64,000 bases of DNA from Eledone cirrhosa (Eukaryota), in the NCBI GenBank assembly GCA_964016885.1, contig OZ024743.1, positions 303,676,001 to 303,740,000 of the forward strand, given 5' to 3'. Shown here piece after piece: positions 44,426-56,808 of this stretch. Position 1 is the stretch's first letter, and each line of letters starts with the position of its first letter. The notes under the pieces are model-generated. The model had not been told where the DNA came from and ran no database searches. It was given only the letters and a program-made list of their open reading frames with translations. Position numbers and translations under genes: made by a program.

Positions 44426-46490
44426 TGGCGCAATTGTACGTGCGCATGTGTTGGTGGCTGGCTTTCTTTGTTTATGTCTGTGCCTGTTCTATTTCCTATA
44501 AATTACAAGTTCTAAATAAAGATCGATAAATAAGTACCAGACATGATGACTTAAGAAATGAGGTGGATATTGATCGACAAATCGAAGGCGGTATCGGGTC
44601 ATGACCACAATATTATAACATTAGAAAATGATGAAGGGATAAAACATTGTTCAGAAAGTAATGCAGGTTTTTAAAGTTTTTATCTAAAACGACATTTATT
44701 AGTGAAGCGCATATCTCATTGATCAAAATACAAAAAAAAAAGTAGAAAGTATATTAGCAGCTGCATAGGTTCGCTAACAATATGCACATCTATGTTGTCT
44801 GCTATCTTTGAATTCTTGAGTTCAGGCTATAGGTTCTTCGGAGGGATTTTCTTGCATTTATTTGTATAATGATGTATTTTCCTTCCAATATATTTTAGTC
44901 ATGTTTAAAAATATGGTCGTCAGAATGAGGCAGTGTTCCGTTGTCCGATTCGTCCTACTTCACGAAGGCTGGTTGTGCGATGTGTGGTTGAGCTTTCTAA
45001 TTCAAGAGGATTGAAAATGTATAGATTAATTTATTTTCCTATTATTGAGTACTTTCATCGTTTTCTTTTCAATTTTTCAATACCTCTCTACTGGGTTGTA
45101 AATATTAAGTAGCGAAACAACTTTTACAGACAATGGATATGTTAGAATAGGTATTAATTGGTTCTATGATAATGAGCAAGTGTTGAATGCTTTAAAAAAT
45201 TCTGGTTCCACTATGTCTAAACAATTTCACTATCGATACGTGTGATAACGAAGGCAATTATATTTTTGTCGATTCCTTTAGTAAATATACAAAATATTAT
45301 TAAATGATATTGTATTAACTTATTGTAAATCGTTTATTCAATTCTAAATTAACGTTTTAAGTAATATATCTTTCGTAAAACAATCCATCATCATATACGC
45401 CTGAGTAAAACTTGTGTTACCAACAAATTTTTATCTGGGTAGGGAGTGGAGATTTTCTGCTTCAGCAGCCGGTTTTGTAATTTATATTATATTCCCAAAT
45501 GACAAGAAAACATGCATTGCACGTAGAGGAGATGTACTTATACAATTGCAACATCATGTATATTGTAAAACACAATATATATTGTTTAAATACGACGATA
45601 ATGTATTATCGAAAATGCAATCATGTGAGAGCGTATAATATAAACGTATAATGCAGAACATGGAAGGAAATTTGACTGAGCAGGAATGTTTATCCATTTC
45701 TGAACATCCGACCTCTTCTTGAGACGACCATATTTGAATTAGATTTATGCAGCAGTCAGCCGAACGCGGACAACTACAAGCTCCCATATCATCGGACATA
45801 TCGTTGAATACAATACAAGCGTCGGATTATTACACACACACACACACACGCGCACACACACACATACACACATATATGTATGCATTATATACATACACAC
45901 ACACACATATATATATACATATATATATATATATTAGGTATAGGATTATCCAAGATGTAGTGATGGTTAATTACTACACTGGATATGGTTGACGTACGGT
46001 AAGAGGTTACTCTACGAGTTATGGAAGAATTGTACAAGAAACTTAGTTCCTGATCCTTCAGTATTCCGGAGTGTATATAAAGAATGAATAATAACAGGTA
46101 GACATCATAAAAAGGTAGTTTATTCCGTGTGCTTACAAGTGTTTCCACGGTGGTGCTGCAGCCTAGTTCCGCTACGTGCAAATTCACAAGTATTTGCACG
46201 TAGCGGAACTAGGCTGCAGCACCACCGTGGAAACACTTGTAAGCACACGGAATAAACTACCTTTTTATGATGTCTACCTGTTATTATTCATTCTTTATAT
46301 ACACTCCGGAATACTGAAGGATCAGGAACTAAGTTTCTTGTACAATTCTTCCATAACTCGTAGAGTAACCTCTTACCGTACGTCAACCATATCCAGTGTA
46401 GTAATTAACCATCACTACATCTTGGATAATCCTATACCTAATAATCGCCTCCTACACAGTTGAGCAACCACACCGACACACGGCATTAAT

Positions 46491-48815
46491 ATGGAAAGGC
46501 ATCATATAGGTATGTCACTTAAAAACATACCTATACCTAACAAAAGGGAATATATTCTCAGTATGATTCAACGCAGTAACGACTTCATTCGGCGTGTACG
46601 ATGGAAAGCTTTCCACTTCGATAAAGGACGCGCCAGTCACTCGTCTGAATCATATGGTTTTAAATCATGTAAAAACCCACCTACAAACCCTCACCTCGAA
46701 GCTTTCGAACAGGACTTATTGAAAACTACCATGAACATTAAGTTCAAAAGACATAGAAATAATGAGCTGCAGAACAACATGAAAGCACTACTCCGAAGAT
46801 TGCAAAATACCAATGGAATTGTTGTGAAAGCTGACAAGACTTCTAACGTGTATACCATGGATATCGATACGTATAATAACTTCATACGCAACGAACTACA
46901 CAAAAAATATAGAAAAACAAATGAAACTACGCTAGCAAATATTAACAACGAGGCATATGAAGTGGTAAAGAATCTCAAGATAGACGATAGAACCGAGCCG
47001 ATTATACCCGCTACCCCCACCCTCAACCTGAAGGACCATAAGGTAAATTTTGACTCTAACCCTAAGATTAGACTTATATGCCCTTCTAAATCAGACATAG
47101 GGAAAATTAGTAAACATATACTTGACAGAGTAATAACTCAAGTGAAAAAGAAAATTGAAATTAAATTATGGGGCAACACTAGCGAAGCAATTCGCTGGTT
47201 TAATAATGTTAAGAATAAGAATAAATCTAAGTTTATACAATTTGACATAGACGAATACTACTCTTCCATCTCACCAAGCACTTTACGTAAGGCCCTATCG
47301 TTTGCTAAGGCCAATTCCGACCTAACGGAGGACGAAATTAATATTATTCTCGAGGCTAGAAAAACCATTATTAAGTTCGATAACTGCTACTGGGAACGTA
47401 AGGACAGACCCACAAATTTCGATATTACCATGGGTTCCAACGACTCGGCGGAGGTCACGGATCTCGTGGGAATTTACATAGCCTACATATTACATAGTAG
47501 ATTTAGTAATCTACAGGGGGGGATATACAGGGATGACGGGCTCTTATTAGTTAATAACTTGAATAACCAAAATCTTGAAAGGCTACGGAAAAATATTAGA
47601 AAATCTTTTAGTGAACTGGGTCTAAAAATAACATACGAATACAATCTTAAGGTAGTAAACTTTCTGGACGTAACTCTTAATTTAAATACCGGACAGATAC
47701 GACCCTTCCACAAGGTAAATGAGAACCTTACGTATATTGACTTTAACTCTAACCACCCACTCTCCATGATCAAATCAGTTCCCCGGAGTATTTCTCTTAG
47801 AATCTCTCGCCTATCGTCTAACTCTGATATTTTTAGCGAACATGCTGAATACTACAATAATGCATTAAGGAATGCTGACCACCGGGATACAATAGAATAC
47901 ATCGATAGTAATTTCCACAACACACATAGCTCTACACGTAATCAAGGTATACGTAACCGGGGGACTAAAACACAAGCACACACACACAGTACTACCAGAC
48001 ATACTAATAATAGAAGATCACCACCAAATAAATCACGTTGTAGAAAGTATATCTGGTATAATCCTATTTTTAATGCCTCGATTAGTACAAAACTATCTCT
48101 TTCATTCTTTAAATTAATCAATAAACACTTCCCTAGTTCCCACAAGTAAAGCAAAATTCTGAACTCCAAAACTATTAGACTATCATACTCCACGGCACCA
48201 AACCTTGAAGCATACATAAAACTTAACTTAAGGCAATTAAACAACTCTACAAAACAAAACATTTTAGTAACAGATGGGCAGAACGCAATATCTGCCTCCC
48301 AACCACTAAATGGGAGACGGGTATTGCACAACCCACCTGTACCGCTATCACAACCTATCCATGGTATACCCGCTACCCACAACAAAGCATGTAACTGCCA
48401 TCTACCTGAAAGATGTCCATTGCAGAATGAATGCCTAAAGTCCAACATTGTTTACCAATGCACGGTTGAATCGGACGACCAGAAATGGTATTATATCGGA
48501 TCTACCACCACATCGTTTAAATCTCGCTGGTACCGTCATCGATTCTCAATCAAACATCAGAATCACCGTTTTGTGCCCACGCTCGCCAACAAGACCTGGC
48601 AACTCCGTGAACACAACCAACAGTTCACCTTAAAATGGGATATACTTTCCAGCGCAAATGCATATCGGAGTGGTCTGAAGTACTGCAGGTTATGTAACCT
48701 TGAGCTATTTTACATACTAAAATCCAAAAACAAACTACTTAACGATAGAATTGAACGATCATTATACTGCAACCACAAACTAAAAGCTAAATTCTCTCAC
48801 TATAAAATAACTTAA
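46491..48815 (+). pseudogene. PLE RT plus GIY-YIG polyprotein (774 codons) with one in-frame TAA at 48147-48149
   Basis: VKADKT, FIQFDIDEYYSSI, ITMGSNDSAEVTDLVG, IYRDDGL, VNFLDVTL, WYNPIF, CNCHLPERCPLQNEC, IVYQC...YYIGST, FKSRWYRH, CRLCNLE. ORFs 46491-48149 and 48324-48815 are in the same frame with no other stop between them. Confidence 0.95.
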
Positions 48816-49298
48816 CATTCGAACCCGTAACTACAACACCACTTTCTAGCTAACAACCGTCTCTTCCCCCCACACTACAAGACAATACACTGCTTATCAC
48901 TATACATGGTAACTCAGTACAACTCCTAGAATACTACTACAAAACCAAAAGTTCACTCACCACACATAATTATCTGTCCCCTATATATCTCTCTCTACAT
49001 CCATTACACTCTCTCTCTCTCACCTTTGACCTACCTCCCTCTCAACATTTATGAACCTGCCCTCTGGGGCAATAAATAATTCCGACCTCAACTATCTACG
49101 CATCTCTCCAAAAGTAACTAATAAAACCCCTACCATAACATTTTGATTAAGATATCTACAAGCCACTCTCTCCTACTTCTCCAACCCCTGCATATCTTTC
49201 CTTCTCTCTCCTTCTTCCCTACTTTTCTCTCTTCCTGTTCCACTCTATCTTCCCCAACAACCCCACTTAAGGGTTTTTACATTGTATATTTACCATTC

Positions 49299-49410
49299 TG
49301 CTCTGAGGAAACAGTGGTCACAGCATTGGATATTCGAGTTCTGCAAATACTTGTGAATTTGCACGTAGCGGAACTAGGCTGCAGCACCACCGTGGAAACA
49401 CTTGTAAGCA
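49299..49410 (+). ncRNA. Type-I hammerhead with canonical core and ~80-nt extended stem II (element D 3' pLTR)
   Basis: tgct CTGAGGA a acagtggt...accaccgt g GAAA cactt GTA agca; internal hairpin tgcaaat-acttgtga-atttgca; AATAAA follows. Confidence 0.75.
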
Positions 49411-49722
49411 CACGGAATAAACTACCTTTTTATGATGTCTACCTGTTATTATTCATTCTTTATATATATATGATATATATGTGTGTGTGTGCGACTTCAC
49501 ATATGACAAGCTGTTTTGGCCGTTGACTTTCCCTTTAGACAAACATCGCTAGCGTGAACAGTGGTGACTGGTATGTATGGTCGACTGCTGGTCTTCCACT
49601 AACAACATTGCCCGGATTTGTGTCTGGGAGGGAATCTTCCTAGATGAAGTGACTGAAGGCTGTTTTAACCTTTACCCTATATATATATATATATATATAT
49701 ATTATATTTATATACATATATG

Positions 49723-49772
<50 letters not shown>

Positions 49773-49776
49773 TACA

Positions 49777-49821
<45 letters not shown>

Positions 49822-50474
49822 GTGAACAAGTAAGAAATAGGAGAATAGACCGTTAATACATGTTTATTTAAAACTGCACCTACGTACGTACGTTTCGCCC
49901 GGATTCGCTTCTCAAGGGCATAAATAACTAAAAAGTGTTCCTTACATGGCCCGGAAAGTGTTTTTGGAGGTAAATTCACGTCAAAGTTCATTCTTCACAC
50001 AAAAGCGTGTTTTGATTTTGCAGTAGGTCAAGGGAGGTAACTCTGGCCGGTATTATGGCAGTCTTTCCCGGCCAAATTTTTTATCCGTTACAAGATGTGG
50101 TTACAATTTTACCATTGTCGATACGCACAGGGTCAGGTAAGCAACGTTTGTTTTGAGACGTTTGTTTACTGCACCTGCCCGCCTGGGTCCTTTGAGGCTG
50201 GGTCTGGGATGCATGGTTAGTTTCCGGATGCTTTTTGCAGCGCCTGGAAGGTGCTGCAAATAGGAACACGACCGCAACGTTGATTACACTGGAGATAGTA
50301 TAGGTAACTTACCACAATAAAGATCACGACCCCGGTGACAGTGACCATTGTAGCCTACTCGAATGTTTCCCCTACTATAAAATCAACAAAGGCAACGGCT
50401 TACTACTAACGCCTTCCAACCAACATCTTCCTGTACATAAACATAGTAGGAGGAAGAGTGCACCCGAGCATAAA

Positions 50475-51501
50475 GTGAAAGGGGCATATAACGGGCTACA
50501 GCGCATTAACATGCATAAGGATGGTTACCTTGTTGGGACCACCCGTAGCAAACATATGAGGACACGTAATCGCCACCGTAACGTCCTATGGTTCCATCCC
50601 CCTTACTCTCCGAGTGTGGCCTCCGACATACCTCGGATATTCTTTGAAGCCTTAGAGAAGAACTTCGCACCCAACCATAGGTATAGAAAAATCCTTAATA
50701 GAAACAATATAAATATATCCTTCTCTACTACACCTAACCAAGCAGACATCATAGGAACAACTAATCACAGTAAGATCACCACCACACAACACCTTAGTAC
50801 AGACGCACCTACACCTGACAATAACCATATCGGCCTTAACGACTCCCTAGCAGCATCCAATAGTGCTGGCAACAGCCTCTATAGACGCAACCAGCATAAC
50901 CGCGACATGACTGGGGAACATGCAGGACATTGACGTGCGGAATAATAATGGTATCACCCCGCGCACAGTGCGCTGTAATGTTTCTACCGACAGGTGCGGG
51001 AGAGTACGTAACAACAGAGATAGCAATAATGATAGCATTACCGTGGGAATTAGAAGGGACCGCGACCGAAATTTCAACTGCCACGACAGAGGACGCTGCC
51101 CCCTTAGGGGATACTGCTTGACTGATAGGGTTATATATAGGTGCACTGTAACTAGCCACAATAGAGTTAAACATTATACATGGGCTACCTCTGGCCCGTT
51201 CAAAATTGGATTTCGAACACATCTCCACTCTCTCAAAAATAAGAAATTAAGACATTCCACTTCGCTCGCAGACTACATCACATCATTAGAATACTTAAAC
51301 ATCGGCTTCTCCGCGCACTGGGATATTGGCGGCAGGGCTGCACCGTACAACTTCAAGAGGAAGTGCGATATTTGCCTCATGGAGCTCTACCAAATCATAA
51401 CGGCACCCCACGAACTCATCAATAGCAGAGCTGAATCGACGATAAGCTGTACACATCGCTTAAATATACCCTTCTTTAGATGGAATAAGTGTGAGGAGTG
51501 A
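50475..51501 (+). pseudogene. PLE linker plus GIY-YIG endonuclease, frameshifted
   Basis: RNVLWFHPPYS...NHRYRKILNRNNINISFSTTPN, then FNCHDRGRCPLRGYC...VIYRC...HYTWATS...CDICLME...LINSRAE. Confidence 0.9.
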
Positions 51502-51864
51502 AAACCGTATACCGGGTCTCCCTGCAAAAAGCTTTAACACCCCTGCGGGCAGGCGCTGCAAAAAACATCCGGAAACTAACCATGCATCCCAGACCCAGGC
51601 TCAAATGACCCAGGCGGGCAGGTGCAGTAAACAAACGTCTCAAAACAAACGTTGCTTACCTGACCCTGTGCGTATCGACAATGGTAAGGTTGTAACCACA
51701 TATTGTAACGGATAAAAAATTTGGCCGGGAAAGATTGCCCTAACACGGGCCAGAATTACCTCCCTTGACCTACTGCAAAATGAATACACGAATCAACTCT
51801 GACGTGAACTTACCTTCAACAACACTTTCTGGGCCATGTAAGGAACACTTTTTTTAGTTATTTG

Positions 51865-51906
51865 TGCCCTGGAGAAGCCCATCCGGGCGAAACGTACGTA
51901 GGTGCA
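51865..51906 (+). ncRNA. Type-I hammerhead motif, element F (mirror copy at 49875-49920, minus strand)
   Basis: tgcc CTGGAGA a gccc-atcc-gggc GAAA cgtac GTA ggtgca; palindromic ACGTACGT stem III; core-1 degenerate in both copies. Confidence 0.65.
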
Positions 51907-52393
51907 GTTTTAAATAAACATGTATTAACGGTCTGTCTATTCTCCTATTTCTTACTTTTCCACGTGCTTATTAAAGAATTAAAGATTTAAAATTAAGAGG
52001 TAAGTTTTATTATCTTCCCAGTTGAGAAGGAGCCTGGAAAATGACAAGAAAGATTTTTTAAAATGTACCTCTTAATTTTAAATCTGTATAAAATGTTTAG
52101 TTTTTAATTCTTATTAATTTTTTTTAATTGTAATACTCATCATTTGATACGATTAATTTTACTAATACATCGAAACCGCTAATACTTGATATACTTTATA
52201 TACATTATAATACTCTTTTTTAAAAGAATTGTTCCTCTCATTATTTCAAAAATGTCACTTTGACGAATCAAAGAAAGGAAGAAAAAAAAGTAAAAAAGAA
52301 AAGCAGCCCCTAAAAAATATTTTCTGTTCTATTTCCAACTTAACCCCTTTTCTCTATAACCACTCTTTTGTATATAACCTTACTTCCTTTTTC

Positions 52394-52441
<48 letters not shown>

Positions 52442-53759
52442 TTGCGTTAATACATTTACTCAATTCTCAGCGTAGGCTGTAGGCATCTTTTTATGTATAG
52501 AATTGACTATTACCGGATTAACACTCTTTCATTGAAATCTAAATCATCAAGAATATTCCAGTAGACGGGTTATACTTTATCGATAACTTTCGCCACACTA
52601 AAGATATGGATGGGAGAGAAACCTACTTAATCAAGACACTGATTTGTCACATTCTGTTTTATAAATAAAACAAATAAGCCTCACACAACGATGCAAAACA
52701 TCATTTGCTGAATGAACAGTAGCGTATGTTTTGTTACATTAGCTGTAACTACCCATCTATATATATTCAAAGGTTGGTGTACTGGCTTGTATGAGAGCCC
52801 ATATATCTTCTGAAATCATTTAAAGGTTAGATTAGTTTCTGCCATATTGTGTCATCTAACATTTAGTGTTACTAAATGATGTGACAGTTATGCAGTCGCA
52901 TTTTTCAACCTGCAGATGCCCTGTCTCATTTCACTGATTTTTATTACCTTTGACAACGCCACGTCGACATACGAACGTTTGACATACACGTCCCTCTATC
53001 AACCAGGTTATGTGCACCCCACAATACCCATACTGAAATCGAAACCCATTGTAGCTAAGAATCACGACGCTTCTAAAGTCTATTCTTCTCTCCACAAACA
53101 ACAATCTGATTGGAAGTTTACCAACATCTATCTGACCAGTATTGAAAGGTATGCAAAAGTAATAGGCATTAATTTTCCCTCTGAAGTCAGGAAATTACAG
53201 ATCTGCTTATGCTGGACCCCATGAAATATTGCAGAAATATAGATGCATATATATACTATATTTTAGGAAAAGCATCAGTTGTTAAACGGTATTCATTGTT
53301 TGATAAGAAATAAGAATAGTGATATTAATTTAACATTTATAGACGGAATAAGAAGGCAGCATACAAAATCTGTGATTTCCCTAACATAATTCTTACAACT
53401 TACAACTTTTAACGGATATTGATTAATATATTTTTAACTAAAATAATATTCCATATTTCTGTTCTCCTTCAACAAACAAGGCATACAGAAAGAGAATGAT
53501 ACCCTTGTTTGATATATAATTTTTTACCTAGTCATTTTTCATCGTGAATATAATCTTTACCTTCATACACTTGATTTCCAATAATTCGAAATTCTCCCAA
53601 ACGAAAAAAAAAAAATCATTTGATCTCAAGAGAAATTTAAATCATAGTTTCCTATATGCAGACCAAATGCACGCATATACATATATACATATTCATTTAT
53701 ACGCATGCACACACACACAGACACACTGACACACTGACACACAAACACACGCACACACG

Positions 53760-53818
<59 letters not shown>

Positions 53819-54869
53819 AAAGGAGAAAGAAAATGTGAGAAATAAAGATGATTTAATAACCGTAAAATGACTACACAATAATGGGAATATCCTTGTTTTT
53901 CCTGATCTATGCACACAAACCTTAATAACAACTTCAAGCATTGCATTTTGTCAGTTTTTAGAATAATACGCTTTGATAGAATGGGTTTTATATATTGAAT
54001 AACGAGAATCAATGTATATGAAATGGGAGGGAATTTAGTGATAATTGGAGTTTCGTATCAGCATGACATTAGGAAAATGTAATGCTGTATGAGGTTGCCT
54101 TATTGATAGAATATCACCACAAAATGTCTCACTTTCCTGCAGGGATCACGAAAGAGATAATATATTCTATATTTTGAGTTCACTGTTTGAATGAAACTAA
54201 CATCTAAGTGGATAACATATATAACTAAATCGAAATACGCCAGTGTTTTGTTAATTAGTTTCGTTTAATATGACAACGGCTTGGGAGGGAAACGATTTCG
54301 TCAGATGTGTATAACGTTACTTAAAACTAAAATGTTTGCTCTGTTCTTTTTTACACGATTCATGTAGCCCATCCCTCCCATTTCTCACACTTATATTGAT
54401 ATGTTCTATATCATATTTACTTTTTAATATAGAATAATGTTTAACATGATGCGTAGAGTATATCAATTGTGTTACACCAAGTAAGGCAATGTGAGGTCCG
54501 GTTCCCACATGAACAATATAATTTGGCCTCTAATATAGCATTTACTCTGTTTAATTGTTTGGAAATAACGCTAATTTTGTTTTAATTCAACTATCAATAG
54601 CTGTATTTATAAACCGACTGGAATACACGTCTGTTTTACAACTTCCTATGCGTGCTGTAGTAAATTGTAATTCATGCTCAGAAACTAAACACAAATGTAG
54701 CTCTTGCAGCTTTTTTACTTCAGAATTTAAGAAATGTAATCAAATACTACTTTGCATAATTTTGTTAGTTTATAATAAATTCTGAAACAGTCTGCAATAT
54801 GTAACTTTGTATTTGACTCGTAGTTGAAATTACATAAAATAAATGAAAAGTATATAGCACTTAAATAAT

Positions 54870-55157
54870 TGTTTCTACTTTAGGCACAAGGCCAGCAATT
54901 ACCCAGTGCATAAAGCACTTAAATAATGACTTCTACTATAGGCACAAGATTAGTATTTTATTTTGTTTTTTTCGGAGAAAGGTAAAGTTGATTAAATCGA
55001 CGCAGTGCAATAATGGTGCTTTATTGTATACACCCCGTAAGGATGAAAGGCAAACATAACCTTGGCGGATTTTGAAATCAGGCCGTAAAATTCAGTAACT
55101 CTATTCTGCAAAGCATTGTGTCTAACACACTAGAAACACTGCCAATCCACCGCCCAC
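54870..55157 (-). mobile_element. Two tandem SINEs (truncated 54870-54910; near full-length 54928-55157)
   Basis: caccccgtaaggatgaaaggcaaa...cttggcggattttgaaatcagg (B-box on the minus strand); agcacttaaataat repeated at 54856, 54914 and 55160. Confidence 0.85.
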
Positions 55158-55770
55158 AAAGCACTTAAATAATAAGAATATTACGTAACTCACAGAAAAC
55201 CGTGATTCATTCAAATTTACATATCTAGTCTAATATCACATTATATGGCTAAAAATGTGATATGAAACCTCAATACTCTAGTATAGAAACGATGCTTTCC
55301 ATGAGTATTTATCGAATTTATATAATTGAATCCAAAAAATGTGCCTAAAGGTGTCTATCAATTTTGATTTCTTGAAAAATATGTACATTATATTGTATCA
55401 TAATATTCCTACACTATTTTCAATAGATAAATTGTATATATTTAAAGTTTAATTAGATAATAAATGAGTATGTAGAATAAATGTATTTGAGAAATATGTT
55501 CAATATGTAATAAACATACGTGTTTCTGTATATATATATATATTGTTATACTTTTGGAGGGTCATACTGCCAAGAAAAACACACGCACCTGATGATTCAC
55601 TTCAATTTATTATAAGTTTCCGGTTGGTTCGTTGGTTCAATAGCCAGAAGGTTGTTTATATATTGTAAAAGGTCTTTTGTCACCCATTCTGTGACCTCCT
55701 CAGTAACTAGTTATTATTATTTGTGTCTCTCCTTTGTTCTGTCCTATACCAGTTTGTATTTCTATTATAT

Positions 55771-55804
<34 letters not shown>

Positions 55805-55807
55805 GTA

Positions 55808-56154
55808 TATTAAAATAACAGATTAAAGTTTAAGCAAAGAATCGCTGCTTTCACCCTTAACAAGATCTTTTGAAACTTCAAAATATAGTAATAATAATAA
55901 ATTTGAAGACTAAAATCCAAAGAGGGCTCGATAAGGATAAATATATATCAAATGTATAAGAACCGTAGAGCAAATATTTATTAAAATAACAGATTAAAGT
56001 TTAAGCAAATAATCGCTGCTTTCACCCTTAACGGGATGTTCTGAAACTAAAAAAGTCAATCTGTGAACGCAGAAGTGAATATTTCAAAAAACGTTGCAGC
56101 CGGAGGAAGACAGGAAGAGGATACTTTGGTTCGTGGAAACTAAATTTGAAGACT

Positions 56155-56160
<6 letters not shown>
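55808..56160. repeat. Partially tandem dispersed repeat between (TA)n tracts; second copy at 61243-61328
   Basis: tattaaaataacagattaaag...cacccttaac occurs twice; tagtaataataataaa.ttgaagactaaaatccaaag...aaccgtagagca recurs at 61243. Confidence 0.75.
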
Positions 56161-56206
<46 letters not shown>

Positions 56207-56532
56207 TTATTTTTTTTTATTGAGTCTAATACTTCATACACAATATTTATATTGGTATTGATTCGGATTTTATCGCCTTTCACTTCTGGTTTGCTTCTGG
56301 GAAAATTTGCACATAATTACACCTCATATTTAAACAATTCCATAAAGATCATATTATTTTCAATTTATAATTATTTCTTTCCTACGGTGTTTGATTCATT
56401 GGAAATAAGAATACGTTTACTTTTGTAACTTAAGCAACAAGGCTTATTATATATGTTGTATCATATACTGGTAGGATGTGATATTCATACAATTTATAAA
56501 AGCAAGTATTCAGGGCCTTCTAATTATTCGGT

Positions 56533-56648
56533 AGGCAGTATCGATAGACAGTCGAACAGAATGTTTTTTCCGGCATAGTCTTAAGCTCCTTTACGTCCTG
56601 AGTTCAACCCTCGCCGAGATTAGTTTCACCATTCATCCTCACAGGGGC
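56533..56648 (+). mobile_element. Diverged SINE head (same family as 54928-55157)
   Basis: ggcagtatcgatag...tacgtcctgagttcaaccctcgccgag...ttcatcctcacagggg. Confidence 0.65.
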
Positions 56649-56708
56649 CTGCTGGAATGAGCGTTTGAGGACTCTGCCCCTTCTCATGAATAAGTGAGCA
56701 AAGACGGA

Positions 56709-56808
56709 GAAGAAGAAGAAGAAGAAGAAGAAGAAGAAGAAGAAGAAGAAGAAGAAGAAGAAGAAGAAGAAGAAGAAGAAGAAGAAGAAGAAGAAGAAGA
56801 AGAAGAAG
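56709..56808. repeat. (GAA)n microsatellite
   Basis: Directly visible. Confidence 0.98.

Larger units (their letters stand above)
45932..49466 (+). mobile_element. Near-intact full-length PLE (element D): inverted pLTR - pLTR - ORF - pLTR, probably Hydra group
   Basis: Inverted arms 45932-46183 and 46192-46443; direct repeat 46192-46301 = 49357-49466; RT-EN ORF; (TA)n at both ends, no obvious TSD. The group assignment rests on my recollection of DKT, the CxCx5Cx5C linker, the CxxC in EN and TA preference. Confidence 0.95.
49821..51964 (+). mobile_element. 5'-truncated PLE (EN only) with ~420-bp inverted arms (element F)
   Basis: 49821-50246 is the reverse complement of 51550-51964; (TA)n at the left end. 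Confidence 0.92.

Noticed and set aside
48147-48149. Programmed readthrough or selenocysteine between RT and EN
   Set aside because: The codon is TAA, not TGA, and related elements in this window have Tyr here; a single nonsense mutation is simpler.
52916-53224. 102-aa ORF or exon with ctgcag acceptor and possible donor at 53007
   Set aside because: No recognisable homology and no partner exons.
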